Positions 1 to 9,061 of a stretch of 64,000 nt of DNA are shown here, one piece after another (position 1 is the first letter of the stretch; each line of letters opens with the position of its first letter). The stretch is from Kiritimatiellia bacterium. GTDB taxonomy: Bacteria > Verrucomicrobiota > Kiritimatiellia > RFP12 > UBA1067. Both the position numbers and the translations under genes were made by a program. Where the stretch lies: NCBI GenBank assembly GCA_045636065.1, contig JAZTWW010000046.1, positions 1,489 through 65,488 of the forward strand, written 5' to 3'. The notes beneath the pieces were generated by a model. It was not told the origin of the DNA and searched no databases. It saw only the letters and a list, made by a program, of their open reading frames with translations.

Positions 1-285
1 CTGGGCGTATTTCCGGGCGAGCCGCCAGTACGCGCGGCGGTACTCCACGCCGTCGACCCTTACGACATGGCGGTGGAACCAGTCGAGGAATGCCGCGAAC
101 GACGGATCCTCGCTCCTCAGCCCGTCGCGGATCGCCTTGAGATCGAACTCCTCGTCGGCGTGGTCGGAGAACTCGAACCTCTCCCCCCTGCCCCTTACGC
201 GGACCTCTTTCCTGCGGCCTTCGCCGTCATGGGTGTCCACCTTGACGCCCCTTCTCTCAAGATATCGCCTTTTCTGCCTGTCCAT
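1..285 (-). CDS. hypothetical protein (5' portion; C-terminus outside window)
   Basis: Minus-strand ATG at 283-285 preceded by AGGAGGTG SD. Translation MDRQKRRYLERRGVKVD... runs off window start. High GC like backbone. Not in ORF track because it is open-ended. Confidence 0.4.
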   Translation of the reverse strand, partial: MDRQKRRYLERRGVKVDTHDGEGRRKEVRVRGRGERFEFSDHADEEFDLKAIRDGLRSEDPSFAAFLDWFHRHVVRVDGVEYRRAYWRLARKYAQ

Positions 286-305
286 ACTCCACCTCCTAGA
301 CGCGA

Positions 306-320
306 ATATTATACCAAATC
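306..320 (-). promoter_or_regulatory. extended -10-like promoter motif (TTTGGTATAATAT on minus strand)
   Basis: Plus-strand tattataccaaat ~20 nt upstream of the ATG at 285. Member of a 12-copy conserved motif family in this window. Confidence 0.4.
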
Positions 321-400
321 CGCGACGGGAAGTAAATGAGAATATGTTTCGGACTAATTCTCAGAGGGGAGATCTGGTGGATGATGGGTGGGCGGGGGAG

Positions 401-437
401 CAAAAACAAAACGCCCGGATGGAGGGCCATCCAGGCG
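401..437 (-). terminator. putative rho-independent terminator ending the polysaccharide operon
   Basis: Minus-strand hairpin CGCCTGGATGG-ccct-CCATCCGGGCG (11-bp stem, 1 mismatch) followed by TTTTGTTTTTG. Lies just downstream of the last locus gene (stop 483). Confidence 0.45.
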
Positions 438-482
438 TTTGTGGGAATGTACGGGGGTATGGGGATTTATAACGGTGTAGAG

Positions 483-1436
483 TTACATATCTTCGATCGA
501 TTCGTCCCAGACCGGTGGGTTTGAACTTACAGTCCCCTGCAGTGTCTGGTGTACCTTCTCCGGAGTGGTCGGGCGTGGCTTTCCCGACATTCTTTCCGTG
601 GGAAGCGAATTCGGGGTTCTGTGCGATTTGAAGACGAAACCCCAGATCTTGAAGAGGTACTTGAGGTAGATAAGCGGGAGGCAAGACCAGATGCCGTGGG
701 AGCGGAGAGCACGCAGATCCTCAACGTTTATCTCGACATTCGAGCGCCAGCCGGCGGTGGAAGCCCCACCCATGCGCATCACAACCACACACTCCGGGAG
801 GTACGCCGCTTTCAACTTCGCCAAGTATAGATACCGCAACTCCAGCTCAAAGTCGGCACAGATGCGGTAGTCGAGCGAATAGCCTCCAAGGCGCTCAAAA
901 CACTCGCGCCGGACATAGAACGATGGATGCGGCACCATTGCGCCAAAGCGGAACATCCACGGCCGCCACCTCTTCGCCGAGCAGTAGCGCACAGTTGGCG
1001 CTTCGCGCAAAGCCTCAAGCGTGTCACCAGACCTCACAAAACGGATGTCGGCATACATACAATCCACTCCAGAACCACCGTCTTCCACACTGTCACCCTT
1101 GCGCGCATTGCAGCTGAAAGCACTGGCAATCTTTGCGAGAGTATCGTCCGAGGCAAGGACATCATCCGCATTCAGAATACCGACAACATCCCCTGTTGCC
1201 ATCTTAATGCCCTTGTTGATGGCGTCATACATGCCCCTGTCCGGTTCACTAATCCATCGCATCCTGCCATTGAACTTGGGCTCGTAATCCTTCAGCAGCC
1301 CAACAGTGCCATCCTTGCTACCGCCATCGACAACAATGTACTCAACATCGACGCCCTTCTGCGCCAGGACAGACTCTATCGCCGTATGGATTGTTGCCTC
1401 ACTATTGTAGCAGGCGGTTATAAGGGTTACCTTCAT
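483..1436 (-). CDS. glycosyltransferase family 2 (GT-A fold)
   Basis: Family motifs LITACYNSE...VVDGGSKDGT...ILNADD (GT2 DxD region). ATG confirmed at 1434-1436. Confidence 0.8.
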   Translation of the reverse strand: MKVTLITACYNSEATIHTAIESVLAQKGVDVEYIVVDGGSKDGTVGLLKDYEPKFNGRMRWISEPDRGMYDAINKGIKMATGDVVGILNADDVLASDDTLAKIASAFSCNARKGDSVEDGGSGVDCMYADIRFVRSGDTLEALREAPTVRYCSAKRWRPWMFRFGAMVPHPSFYVRRECFERLGGYSLDYRICADFELELRYLYLAKLKAAYLPECVVVMRMGGASTAGWRSNVEINVEDLRALRSHGIWSCLPLIYLKYLFKIWGFVFKSHRTPNSLPTERMSGKPRPTTPEKVHQTLQGTVSSNPPVWDESIEDM

Positions 1437-1589
1437 ACTTTAGACATGCTCTATGGATTCATCGCAGACGCTTGACTTGCCAGTCTTGCCATCGCCATTG
1501 TACTCCTTCGGCGGGAACAGCGCGGCGATAGTGACGCACACCGAACCTATTTATCAACAAAACAATCCCGATCCCCGCAGCGACTTTCA

Positions 1590-2597
1590 TCAAGATCGAC
1601 ATGCCAATTCCTCAATAGCATTCTTCAGCAACCACACACGCTCTTCAGGAGTGCCATCCCGATAACCCTTCAAGTAAATCAGCCTCCCACCATACCCTTT
1701 CCATATTTGCGATTCTGGCTGGTTATTGGGATTGGATATTGGCAACATTTCCACACTGTCACATTCCTCCGGCCCCCACGCCGGAGCGCCATCTGTGGTA
1801 ATGACTCGCTTGCCGCGTTCCAGGGCTTCGGCGATGACGAGGCCGAAGTTGTCGGATAGGGTCGGGAGTACAAGAACATCACACCATTCCCATACTTTCT
1901 CTAGTTCGTCGCCAAAGGCGTTGGAGATTATTTTCGCGCAGAGACGAGATGCGCCCGCGCCGCAAGGCGTCGGAATGGGTGAGCGAAGCGAACTGCGAAG
2001 CAGCCGCAAGGCCCCGCGAGGCGCAGAGGTTTCTTCAATCTGCCTAAGGGCAGCTTCGAAGCAGGAGAGACCTTTGAGGGGATGGCGGCGGCCGAGATAA
2101 AGCAAGTGGAGCTCCTTATTCTCTGCCTGCTCAAGCTCTACATGATCTACATGATTCAGATTAAAGAAGCGCTTGATGTCGGTGACTTCAACAGGCGGGC
2201 AATGCTTGCCTAGATACGACTGTATCCATCCCTTCTCTGCTTCGCAAGTCGCTACGAGAACCTTTGCCCGGCGAAGACAGAATCGCTCAATTGGGCCTAC
2301 AAGGGCTTTCTTCCAGCCATGGTAGCGAAGGCGGATCGGATCATAGCACGCTTCCGGCATCCAATGCACGTTACGGCCCCACAACGCCGCCCACCATAGG
2401 CATGGCAACCATCCGCAATGAATCCACACTTCATCAGCCGACCTCAGCTCGCGAACCTTCGCCCATGTCGTATATGAAACTTCGCATCCCTCGCGCTGCT
2501 GCTCGTCAATTATCATTCTGGCAATATTTGCCGCACCATTCCACGGCTGCCACCCAGCGCAGATGTGAAGGATATTCATTTGCCTATTTCGTCCCAT
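1590..2597 (-). CDS. glycosyltransferase family 4 (GT-B fold)
   Basis: C-terminal EX7E-type region VLVLPTLSDNFGLVIAEALERGKRVITTD. Contains an unusually GC-rich internal segment at ~1920-2040. Confidence 0.75.
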   Translation of the reverse strand: MGRNRQMNILHICAGWQPWNGAANIARMIIDEQQREGCEVSYTTWAKVRELRSADEVWIHCGWLPCLWWAALWGRNVHWMPEACYDPIRLRYHGWKKALVGPIERFCLRRAKVLVATCEAEKGWIQSYLGKHCPPVEVTDIKRFFNLNHVDHVELEQAENKELHLLYLGRRHPLKGLSCFEAALRQIEETSAPRGALRLLRSSLRSPIPTPCGAGASRLCAKIISNAFGDELEKVWEWCDVLVLPTLSDNFGLVIAEALERGKRVITTDGAPAWGPEECDSVEMLPISNPNNQPESQIWKGYGGRLIYLKGYRDGTPEERVWLLKNAIEELACRS

Positions 2598-3331
2598 CGC
2601 AGGCCACGATACCTGGCAGAATCAATCTTGCGCTTAAACCAGCTTCCGTCCAACATACTTGCCGCCCTTGTCACATTACGCCAAAAACCAGTGGACGCAA
2701 CATCATATTTCGCATTGACCCGCGCCCATTCCTCTAGCTGCGCACCACGATTCTCACCGCTACCCGTCTTAGAGCCGTCATGCGAACGGAAGCCCCAGGC
2801 ATAATCATTAAGACTAGCGAAGCGAACCCCCTCCTTTGCCCAACGAGTCCAGAGATCGATATCCATTACATACTTGAGATTAGCGTCGAATCCGCCAAGA
2901 CGCTCCCATAGGGTATGCCTGAAGAATGCACTTGGACCGCCAGTCCAGACACTCATCATGCACCCAAACCACGGCAGCCATTTCGCATCAGTCCTAACAT
3001 CCTTGATACGCCCATTCTCATCAAGATAGACAGTATCACCTGCGATCCATTCAATCCTGTCGGTCCTATTAATCCTGCCTAAAACTTTCTTAAGTGCCCC
3101 TGGTAGCAGCACATCATCTGCATTCAACCAGAATAACCACTCGCCCTTCGCCTCGGCAAAACCTTTGTTGAGCGCATCGCTCTGCCCCTCATCTGGCTTA
3201 ACGTCTCCATCTTGAACAATAATCTCAAGATCTTTGCCCAAGCCCTGGCTTTCAAGCGATGCTATCGCCTCATCAAAATAAGGACGCCGCCCCTTCACAG
3301 GGACAACGCAGCTGAAGAGAGGAGAAGACAA
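2576..3331 (-). CDS. glycosyltransferase family 2
   Basis: Motifs VVPVKGRRPYFDEAIASL, WLNADDVLLPGA and GGFD...YVMDIDLW. Paralogous to the gene at 17411-18247. Confidence 0.8.
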   Translation of the reverse strand: MSSPLFSCVVPVKGRRPYFDEAIASLESQGLGKDLEIIVQDGDVKPDEGQSDALNKGFAEAKGEWLFWLNADDVLLPGALKKVLGRINRTDRIEWIAGDTVYLDENGRIKDVRTDAKWLPWFGCMMSVWTGGPSAFFRHTLWERLGGFDANLKYVMDIDLWTRWAKEGVRFASLNDYAWGFRSHDGSKTGSGENRGAQLEEWARVNAKYDVASTGFWRNVTRAASMLDGSWFKRKIDSARYRGLRWDEIGK

Positions 3332-3403
3332 ACTCGTTATTAAATGAAATTATTGCCATTAAAGCAACAATTACTGCTTCAATGGCAACAGCTCACGCGC
3401 ATA

Positions 3404-3682
3404 TTAGCAATAATACCGTCTCTCACCAAAATATGAATCCCATTTTGCCAATATTTCATCGACTCTTGCTTCTATTATTCTCTCAATATTGGCAAGCACC
3501 CGCCTATTGATCCCAGAGTTGTTATTGGCAATAAGGCACTTCCCTGCAGATGTAATCCATATCTTTGTTGCATTGGCCACAGGAGCACCCTCTGCCACAT
3601 GCACATGGACTGGCTCCAGCGGAATGTTTTCATTGGACCAGAAATAAACCCAATATGGGCCCGCCTTAAAAACCTGAGGCAT
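3404..3682 (-). CDS. DUF4160 domain protein
   Basis: Small protein MPQVFKAGPYWVYFWSNE...VHVHVAEG typical of DUF4160. Likely start at the internal Met (ORF-track start 3706). Paired with a DUF2442 gene. Confidence 0.55.
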   Translation of the reverse strand: MPQVFKAGPYWVYFWSNENIPLEPVHVHVAEGAPVANATKIWITSAGKCLIANNNSGINRRVLANIERIIEARVDEILAKWDSYFGERRYYC

Positions 3683-3938
3683 TGTCGAATCCTCCAGTTT
3701 CGGCAAACTCCATAATCAAATGCGCAGTTGACTTGATGACTTTCTCGATCTTTGATACATCCGCTTTTGAAAATCCATTAATATCTTCCCACTGATACCC
3801 TGGCAACCAGCAGGTTGCATTGCAAAAACACAGCTTTTCATCAGGTCTCTCGGCAAAAACCTTGACGCGCCCATCCTGCTTTGTTTCAGAATGGACGATC
3901 TCCGTTCCATCATCGAGTGTGAGAAATGGATACATCAT
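3666..3938 (-). CDS. DUF2442 domain protein
   Basis: 90-aa protein immediately upstream of, and overlapping, the DUF4160 gene. This pair is recurrently co-encoded in many genomes. Confidence 0.55.
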   Translation of the reverse strand: MMYPFLTLDDGTEIVHSETKQDGRVKVFAERPDEKLCFCNATCWLPGYQWEDINGFSKADVSKIEKVIKSTAHLIMEFAETGGFDNASGF

Positions 3939-3993
3939 GGTTGTGCCCTCTTCAAATTTTCTGCTGATAGTATACCATTACTCTGATACAAAG

Positions 3994-4845
3994 TCAAATA
4001 CACACTTTGCTCATACTTGCCAATTGTTCTTTGCGCTTGCGCAACCGGCCTATCTCTTTATCAACTAACCATCTATACCACAACCCTTGCCAAAAATGCC
4101 AAAGAAAGCCTGGGAGTCCATCAAGGAAGCCGAGCTTGAGGAAGTAGCGGATGCAGAAATAAGCAAAGGCCCGGAAGTAGGGCGGGAGTTTGTAATACTT
4201 AATCTTCTTCCGATCTGTGGCTGTAGGATTTGCGAGACGTTCTGGATTGTTGAAAAGTGAGACGGCATCCATTGCTTCGCGCTTGGCATAACCACGATGC
4301 TTATCTTGCCACCAATCAAACGAGTTTAGGTTGTCGTCGTAGAATACGCCGTTAAAATCAGCGCAACAACCCTCCGAAAGAAGGATATGTTCATCCATCG
4401 CCCTATCTTCGATGCGCCCGACTCCATACCGAAAAATACGTAAAAGACGAATGCCATTCGTGCCATGATGAATCTCACCGCCAAGGAACTTTCGCTTCAA
4501 TTCCAAAGTCAACCCTGAAATATCATCTGGCACCTTTGGTAGCCCATCCTTAAGCCTTTCAATTGTCTCTGGTGTAAGATACTCATCCGCATCTAGACGC
4601 AGCACCCACTTAGCCTCAATAGGAAGATTATCTAATGCCCAATTGAATTGCTTAGCATATAGTCCAGGCCATTTGTTAAATGCAGTAATCGCCCCCATCT
4701 CGAGAGCGATTTCATGAGTGCCGTCACTAGGCTGAGACTCCACGACAAATGTTTGCCGCGCCTCAAGCGGCTTCAATCGCTCAAGACAGCGCCGAATGTG
4801 AAGTTTTTCTTGCCCTACAAGTATTATTACAGCGATATCAGTCAT
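3994..4845 (-). CDS. glycosyltransferase family 2
   Basis: N-terminal IAVIILVGQEKLHIRRCLERL plus LRLDADEY (DxD) motif. Hydrophobic C-terminal tail FWQGLWYRWL. Confidence 0.75.
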   Translation of the reverse strand: MTDIAVIILVGQEKLHIRRCLERLKPLEARQTFVVESQPSDGTHEIALEMGAITAFNKWPGLYAKQFNWALDNLPIEAKWVLRLDADEYLTPETIERLKDGLPKVPDDISGLTLELKRKFLGGEIHHGTNGIRLLRIFRYGVGRIEDRAMDEHILLSEGCCADFNGVFYDDNLNSFDWWQDKHRGYAKREAMDAVSLFNNPERLANPTATDRKKIKYYKLPPYFRAFAYFCIRYFLKLGFLDGLPGFLWHFWQGLWYRWLVDKEIGRLRKRKEQLASMSKVCI

Positions 4846-4846
4846 A

Positions 4847-5959
4847 TCAATTCAACGCGACATCACCCATACCTGGGCGAAGACGCCAGTTTGCTGGGTT
4901 ATTCATACCCTCTGGCTCCTTGAACGAACTATTGGGACGTACACGATAGCAAAAATTGGCATCACCAATATGCTGCCAACCGAGACGCCGCAGGAACTTC
5001 TGTACGAACAGCTCATATGCCGGGAACTCCACAGCATCCAGTTTTTTGCGGCGCTTCAGCGCCCAAAGGACAATTCTCCACAGCAAATTGTTTTCATATC
5101 CAGGCAAACAACCCCATTCAATAACCGAACCAAGCCACACATTCTTGAATCCGCGATGCGACGCCTGTTCATGAAAACGCTCTTTGACCATGAAGAAACC
5201 TATGGGCTTATCCCTTTTGTACATCAAATACGCCTTGGCCGGGTCATCTTTCGAAAAAGAATTATTTAACACCCACTTAAACCATCTCGCATCATGGATC
5301 TCGGAAAAACGTGCCTCATTAGCTTCTGTCATCTGGCCGAGGACAGACAATTGCGTGTTATCGCAAGTATCAACATTAACTACTTTGATGCCAGCAGCTT
5401 TAAATTTACCAATAAATGATACAATGTGCGAATAAATCCATATGCAACAATCAAGAATCGATGAGACTGGCTTTGCCAACCAATTCTTCACCTTCATCTC
5501 AACGACGGCTCTTGATTTAAGAAGCATGACAAACCGCGGATATTCAAAAACACAGCATCCGAGCAAACGATGTATCTTAACTGCGCGTTGAGACATCCCC
5601 ACACCAAAACCGACATCAAAGTCACCATCTCGACAATCCTCAAACATAGCTGATAACTCTACCCCCAAGCCACTTTTGCGCGCCCAAGGTTCCACACTCG
5701 TTGAACTGCCACCACCTGCCGAAACCTCAGCTCCATCACATTTTGCCAACAATGGGAACACATATTCACTACCCCCAACGCGTCCATTTACAATCCCAAC
5801 TTTTGCTATTACAACATTTTGATGCTGGCAGAATGGATTTGCCGACAATGCCTTGAGGATTCCTTCTGGGATGATAAAATGAGGAGTGCCTCCAACTACT
5901 CCATCGGAGGACACATCGGATAATTTTCTGAAAACAAGTGTAAAATCTTGCATAGGCAT
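4847..5959 (-). CDS. hypothetical protein, possibly FemAB/BioF2-like GNAT-fold acyl/aminoacyl transferase
   Basis: 370-aa ORF in the middle of the sugar-modification genes. No diagnostic motif recognised with certainty. Assignment from size, context and weak resemblance only. Confidence 0.3.
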   Translation of the reverse strand: MPMQDFTLVFRKLSDVSSDGVVGGTPHFIIPEGILKALSANPFCQHQNVVIAKVGIVNGRVGGSEYVFPLLAKCDGAEVSAGGGSSTSVEPWARKSGLGVELSAMFEDCRDGDFDVGFGVGMSQRAVKIHRLLGCCVFEYPRFVMLLKSRAVVEMKVKNWLAKPVSSILDCCIWIYSHIVSFIGKFKAAGIKVVNVDTCDNTQLSVLGQMTEANEARFSEIHDARWFKWVLNNSFSKDDPAKAYLMYKRDKPIGFFMVKERFHEQASHRGFKNVWLGSVIEWGCLPGYENNLLWRIVLWALKRRKKLDAVEFPAYELFVQKFLRRLGWQHIGDANFCYRVRPNSSFKEPEGMNNPANWRLRPGMGDVALN

Positions 5960-5965
5960 CCACCT

Positions 5966-6721
5966 TCAGAGCATACCACCAGAGTCAACTATATACTTCT
6001 GCCCTGAAAGAAAATTCGCCTTGTCAGAAAGCAGAAATACTGCGAAGCTGGCGACATCTTCAACTCTGCCCCATCCGAATGGGTGTTGATCGTCAACAAC
6101 TTCTTTCGCGCCGTATTTGTCACTTTCGGCAGAAGTTGTCATTGGCGTCTTTATCATAGAAGGCAAAAGGCTGTTCATCCGAATACCTCGAAAGGCGACT
6201 TCTCGCGCCATCCCCTTGATCGTTGCGGAAAGCGCGGCTTTCGACCCGGCATAAAGCGTCTGACCCCTTGTCGACACAAATGCATCCAATGACGAAAGAT
6301 AGACAAACGATGCCCCTCTACCGACATTGTTCCGTCTGTCAAGAAGACCTTTTGTCATCATTACTGGCGCAAAGTAGTTTATGTCAAAGATTCGCTTTGC
6401 GTAGTCGTAGTCAAAGGCCTGAACAGGCGAAACCGCCGTTACCCCAGCCGAATATGCCATGCCGCTGAACTTGCCGTATTTTTCACGAAGTTCTTTCACG
6501 TAGTCTGGCAAAGCACCGATATCCTGCGCCAAGTCCTTTACTTCAAGACATATTGCTACTGGATCATGAGCCTTGTTCTTGAGCGCCTGAAGTCTCTCTT
6601 CGTTGCGACCCATCGCAATAACAGTAGCTCCAAGTTCGTTCAGAAGCAAAGCGATACCCTCACCGATGCCCGACGATGCGCCAGTGACGATATACTTCTG
6701 GTCTTTTGTAAACGAAATCAT
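5966..6721 (-). CDS. SDR-family oxidoreductase (3-oxoacyl-ACP reductase-like)
   Basis: TGASSGIG cofactor motif with catalytic YAGSK (Tyr-x3-Lys) context. Confidence 0.85.
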   Translation of the reverse strand: MISFTKDQKYIVTGASSGIGEGIALLLNELGATVIAMGRNEERLQALKNKAHDPVAICLEVKDLAQDIGALPDYVKELREKYGKFSGMAYSAGVTAVSPVQAFDYDYAKRIFDINYFAPVMMTKGLLDRRNNVGRGASFVYLSSLDAFVSTRGQTLYAGSKAALSATIKGMAREVAFRGIRMNSLLPSMIKTPMTTSAESDKYGAKEVVDDQHPFGWGRVEDVASFAVFLLSDKANFLSGQKYIVDSGGML

Positions 6722-6939
6722 TAGAGTCCCGCCTTGCCCATGATGTCACCAAGCGTCGAAAGCGAACGAAAATCTGCCAGCTTCATCTTGACGCCAAAGT
6801 GCTTGTCAAGAAACGCCATCGTCGCCATGATCGAAAGCGAATCCCACTCATCAAGATCCGCAAGGACGGTGTCTGCGGTCAGTTCCGTGTCCGTTTGAAG
6901 GACGTCCTGCATTTCAGTCAGGAATTCATCACGTGTCAT
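6721..6939 (-). CDS. acyl carrier protein
   Basis: MTRDEFLTEMQDVL...DEWDSLSIMATMAF with a DSL phosphopantetheine site. ORF-track N-terminal extension to 7062 rejected. Confidence 0.75.
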   Translation of the reverse strand: MTRDEFLTEMQDVLQTDTELTADTVLADLDEWDSLSIMATMAFLDKHFGVKMKLADFRSLSTLGDIMGKAGL

Positions 6940-6940
6940 T

Positions 6941-8083
6941 TTATTCTCCTTTGTAGTATTTGAGCCAATGCTCAATTTGTTCTTCCCTCGTAGGCCGATT
7001 GGCTGGAGGCCGATAAGTCGTAATCCCGCCATTATACATGCCGGAAAGATCCAATGCGGCACCTGCCCATGAAAGGCCGATACCGAATGTCGCCAACACA
7101 GTCTTGCCTATCGTCTTGCCCACCTGATCACACAAGACGGTTACAACAGAGTTAGTTGAATTGTTCGCGTATTTGGAGAATACGTCAATAGGCGTTTTAT
7201 CAAGAGGTATGCCTGCCTTGCCAACAATCATCTCAAGTATCTGCTTATTCGCCTGATGTACGGCAAAAAGAGAAACAGCGTCAGTTGTCCATTCAGCTGC
7301 AGCCATCGTATCCATGATAAGTTTTGGTGCGACTTCCATTGTAAACGCAAATACGTCCTCGCCCTTCATCATCGACTGATTCGGAGTCCAGATATTCCCT
7401 AACGCATCGGTTGCGGAGTACTTGAACGTATCCTTGTCATATGGCAAGCGCATACCTCCAAATGGCATAATGAGCTTGTCCCATCCTTTGCCATCGGTAC
7501 CCAACACAAACGCACTTCCCCAATCCTCCTCAGTTCTAACAAGAAAAGTAGCCGAGGCCGCGTCGCCAAAAACAGGAGCAGACTTTCTGTTGTCTTGAGT
7601 TATTGTATGTGTAGGCAAATCACCCGCCAGAACAAGGCAATTCCCGACCGCACCCGATTCTATCAGTGCATGAGCATTCCAAAGTGCATACACATATCCA
7701 GAACACCCCAGATTGACGCTAAAACAGGGAATATCCTGTGATAGCCCCAATCTACCATGTGCGATACAAGCATCCGCTGGAGCGACATAGTCTGGACTCT
7801 GATTCACAAAGACAAGCGACTCTATTTCTTCACCCTTTACAGATATTTCCGACAAGAGCTTTTCTGCGGCATCAACCGCCAAATCAGTGACTGTAGTCTG
7901 CGCATCAGCCAGATAACGCCGCCCATAGCCAATCATCTTCTTCTGACGATCCAGTTTCTTCTGGTTCCCGCCAAAATACTTCAACTCATCATCAACATCT
8001 ATGTAATGTTCTGGAAGTGATGTCTTCACTCCGAGAATCTTGACATGAGTAAACTTTGACTTGCTCATATGTATGCACCTCAC
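6941..8083 (-). CDS. 3-oxoacyl-ACP synthase III (FabH-like KAS III)
   Basis: FabH-like thiolase fold: NLGCSGYVYAL (active Cys), VHQANKQI and FGIGLSWAGA. Alternative GTG/ATG starts at 8083 or 8068. Confidence 0.85.
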   Translation of the reverse strand: MRCIHMSKSKFTHVKILGVKTSLPEHYIDVDDELKYFGGNQKKLDRQKKMIGYGRRYLADAQTTVTDLAVDAAEKLLSEISVKGEEIESLVFVNQSPDYVAPADACIAHGRLGLSQDIPCFSVNLGCSGYVYALWNAHALIESGAVGNCLVLAGDLPTHTITQDNRKSAPVFGDAASATFLVRTEEDWGSAFVLGTDGKGWDKLIMPFGGMRLPYDKDTFKYSATDALGNIWTPNQSMMKGEDVFAFTMEVAPKLIMDTMAAAEWTTDAVSLFAVHQANKQILEMIVGKAGIPLDKTPIDVFSKYANNSTNSVVTVLCDQVGKTIGKTVLATFGIGLSWAGAALDLSGMYNGGITTYRPPANRPTREEQIEHWLKYYKGE

Positions 8084-8829
8084 TTGAATGTCAAATCGCA
8101 GGATGCTCCACCATCAACCATGACTTGGCTGCCGGTAATCCACCTTGCGGCGTCGGAAAGCAGGAACGCGACCACTCCAGCGACATCCTGTGGCTTTCCT
8201 GTACCCATTGGATGCCTATGGTTCATTGCAGCAACTGCAATTGGATCATTGAAGATTTCATCCGCCATTTCTGTATGAACTGCTGCGGGGCACACGGTAT
8301 TGATTCTCACCTTCGGGGCCAGTTCCACGGCGGAAGCACGGGCATAGGAATTGAGAATTCCCTTGCTTGCACCATAAAGCGACTTCCCTCTCGTCGCCTG
8401 CATCGCTGCGATACTAGAAACAAAAACGATACTCTTCATACTGGCACCAGCAACCTTGCGCTTCATAAGGGAACCTGTAAGCAGAATTGCCGATGTCGCA
8501 TTTGTGTCCATTATGCGACGGTAACTGGCAAGATCTATAGTCTTGATAGCAGTTAAGTATACCATCCCGGCGCAATGGACAAACTTTGAGATGCAACATC
8601 TGCTCTCCGCAACAAACTTCTCAAAGTCTGCTTGAAGCGTATCAACGTTGGACAGGTCATACGTCCAAATAACATGGTTGCCTTTGCCGCAAAGCCGCAT
8701 AGTCTCTTCCAGTTTTTGCCTATTGCGTCCATGCAAAATCAAATTATCCGTCTTTGATAATTCCACTGCTATCGCCCGGCCAATGCCAGATGATGCACCT
8801 GTTACAAGTGTATATGTTAATTCTGACAT
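8080..8829 (-). CDS. SDR-family oxidoreductase
   Basis: TGASSGIGRAIA motif and YGASKG catalytic motif. Confidence 0.85.
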   Translation of the reverse strand: MSELTYTLVTGASSGIGRAIAVELSKTDNLILHGRNRQKLEETMRLCGKGNHVIWTYDLSNVDTLQADFEKFVAESRCCISKFVHCAGMVYLTAIKTIDLASYRRIMDTNATSAILLTGSLMKRKVAGASMKSIVFVSSIAAMQATRGKSLYGASKGILNSYARASAVELAPKVRINTVCPAAVHTEMADEIFNDPIAVAAMNHRHPMGTGKPQDVAGVVAFLLSDAARWITGSQVMVDGGASCDLTFK

Positions 8830-8831
8830 CG

Positions 8832-9059
8832 TTATTTTGTCCTGTTCTTCTCGAAGAACGCCCAGAGATCCGCGACAGTGGTAAGGCCCTTCACATCAGG
8901 GAAGGTCAACGTAAATCCGAATTTTGAGTCTGCCAATGCGACAATCGAAAGGACCGCCAGCGAATCCCATGAAGCATAATCGCGAAGATTGGCGCCGTCT
9001 TCCACGCTCGCCTCATCAAGAATATTGGCGAGTTCATCAAGGAATGCATGTTTGTCCAT
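8832..9059 (-). CDS. acyl carrier protein
   Basis: 75 aa with a SWDSLAVLSIV phosphopantetheine-attachment motif. Confidence 0.8.
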   Translation of the reverse strand: MDKHAFLDELANILDEASVEDGANLRDYASWDSLAVLSIVALADSKFGFTLTFPDVKGLTTVADLWAFFEKNRTK

Positions 9060-9061
9060 TG

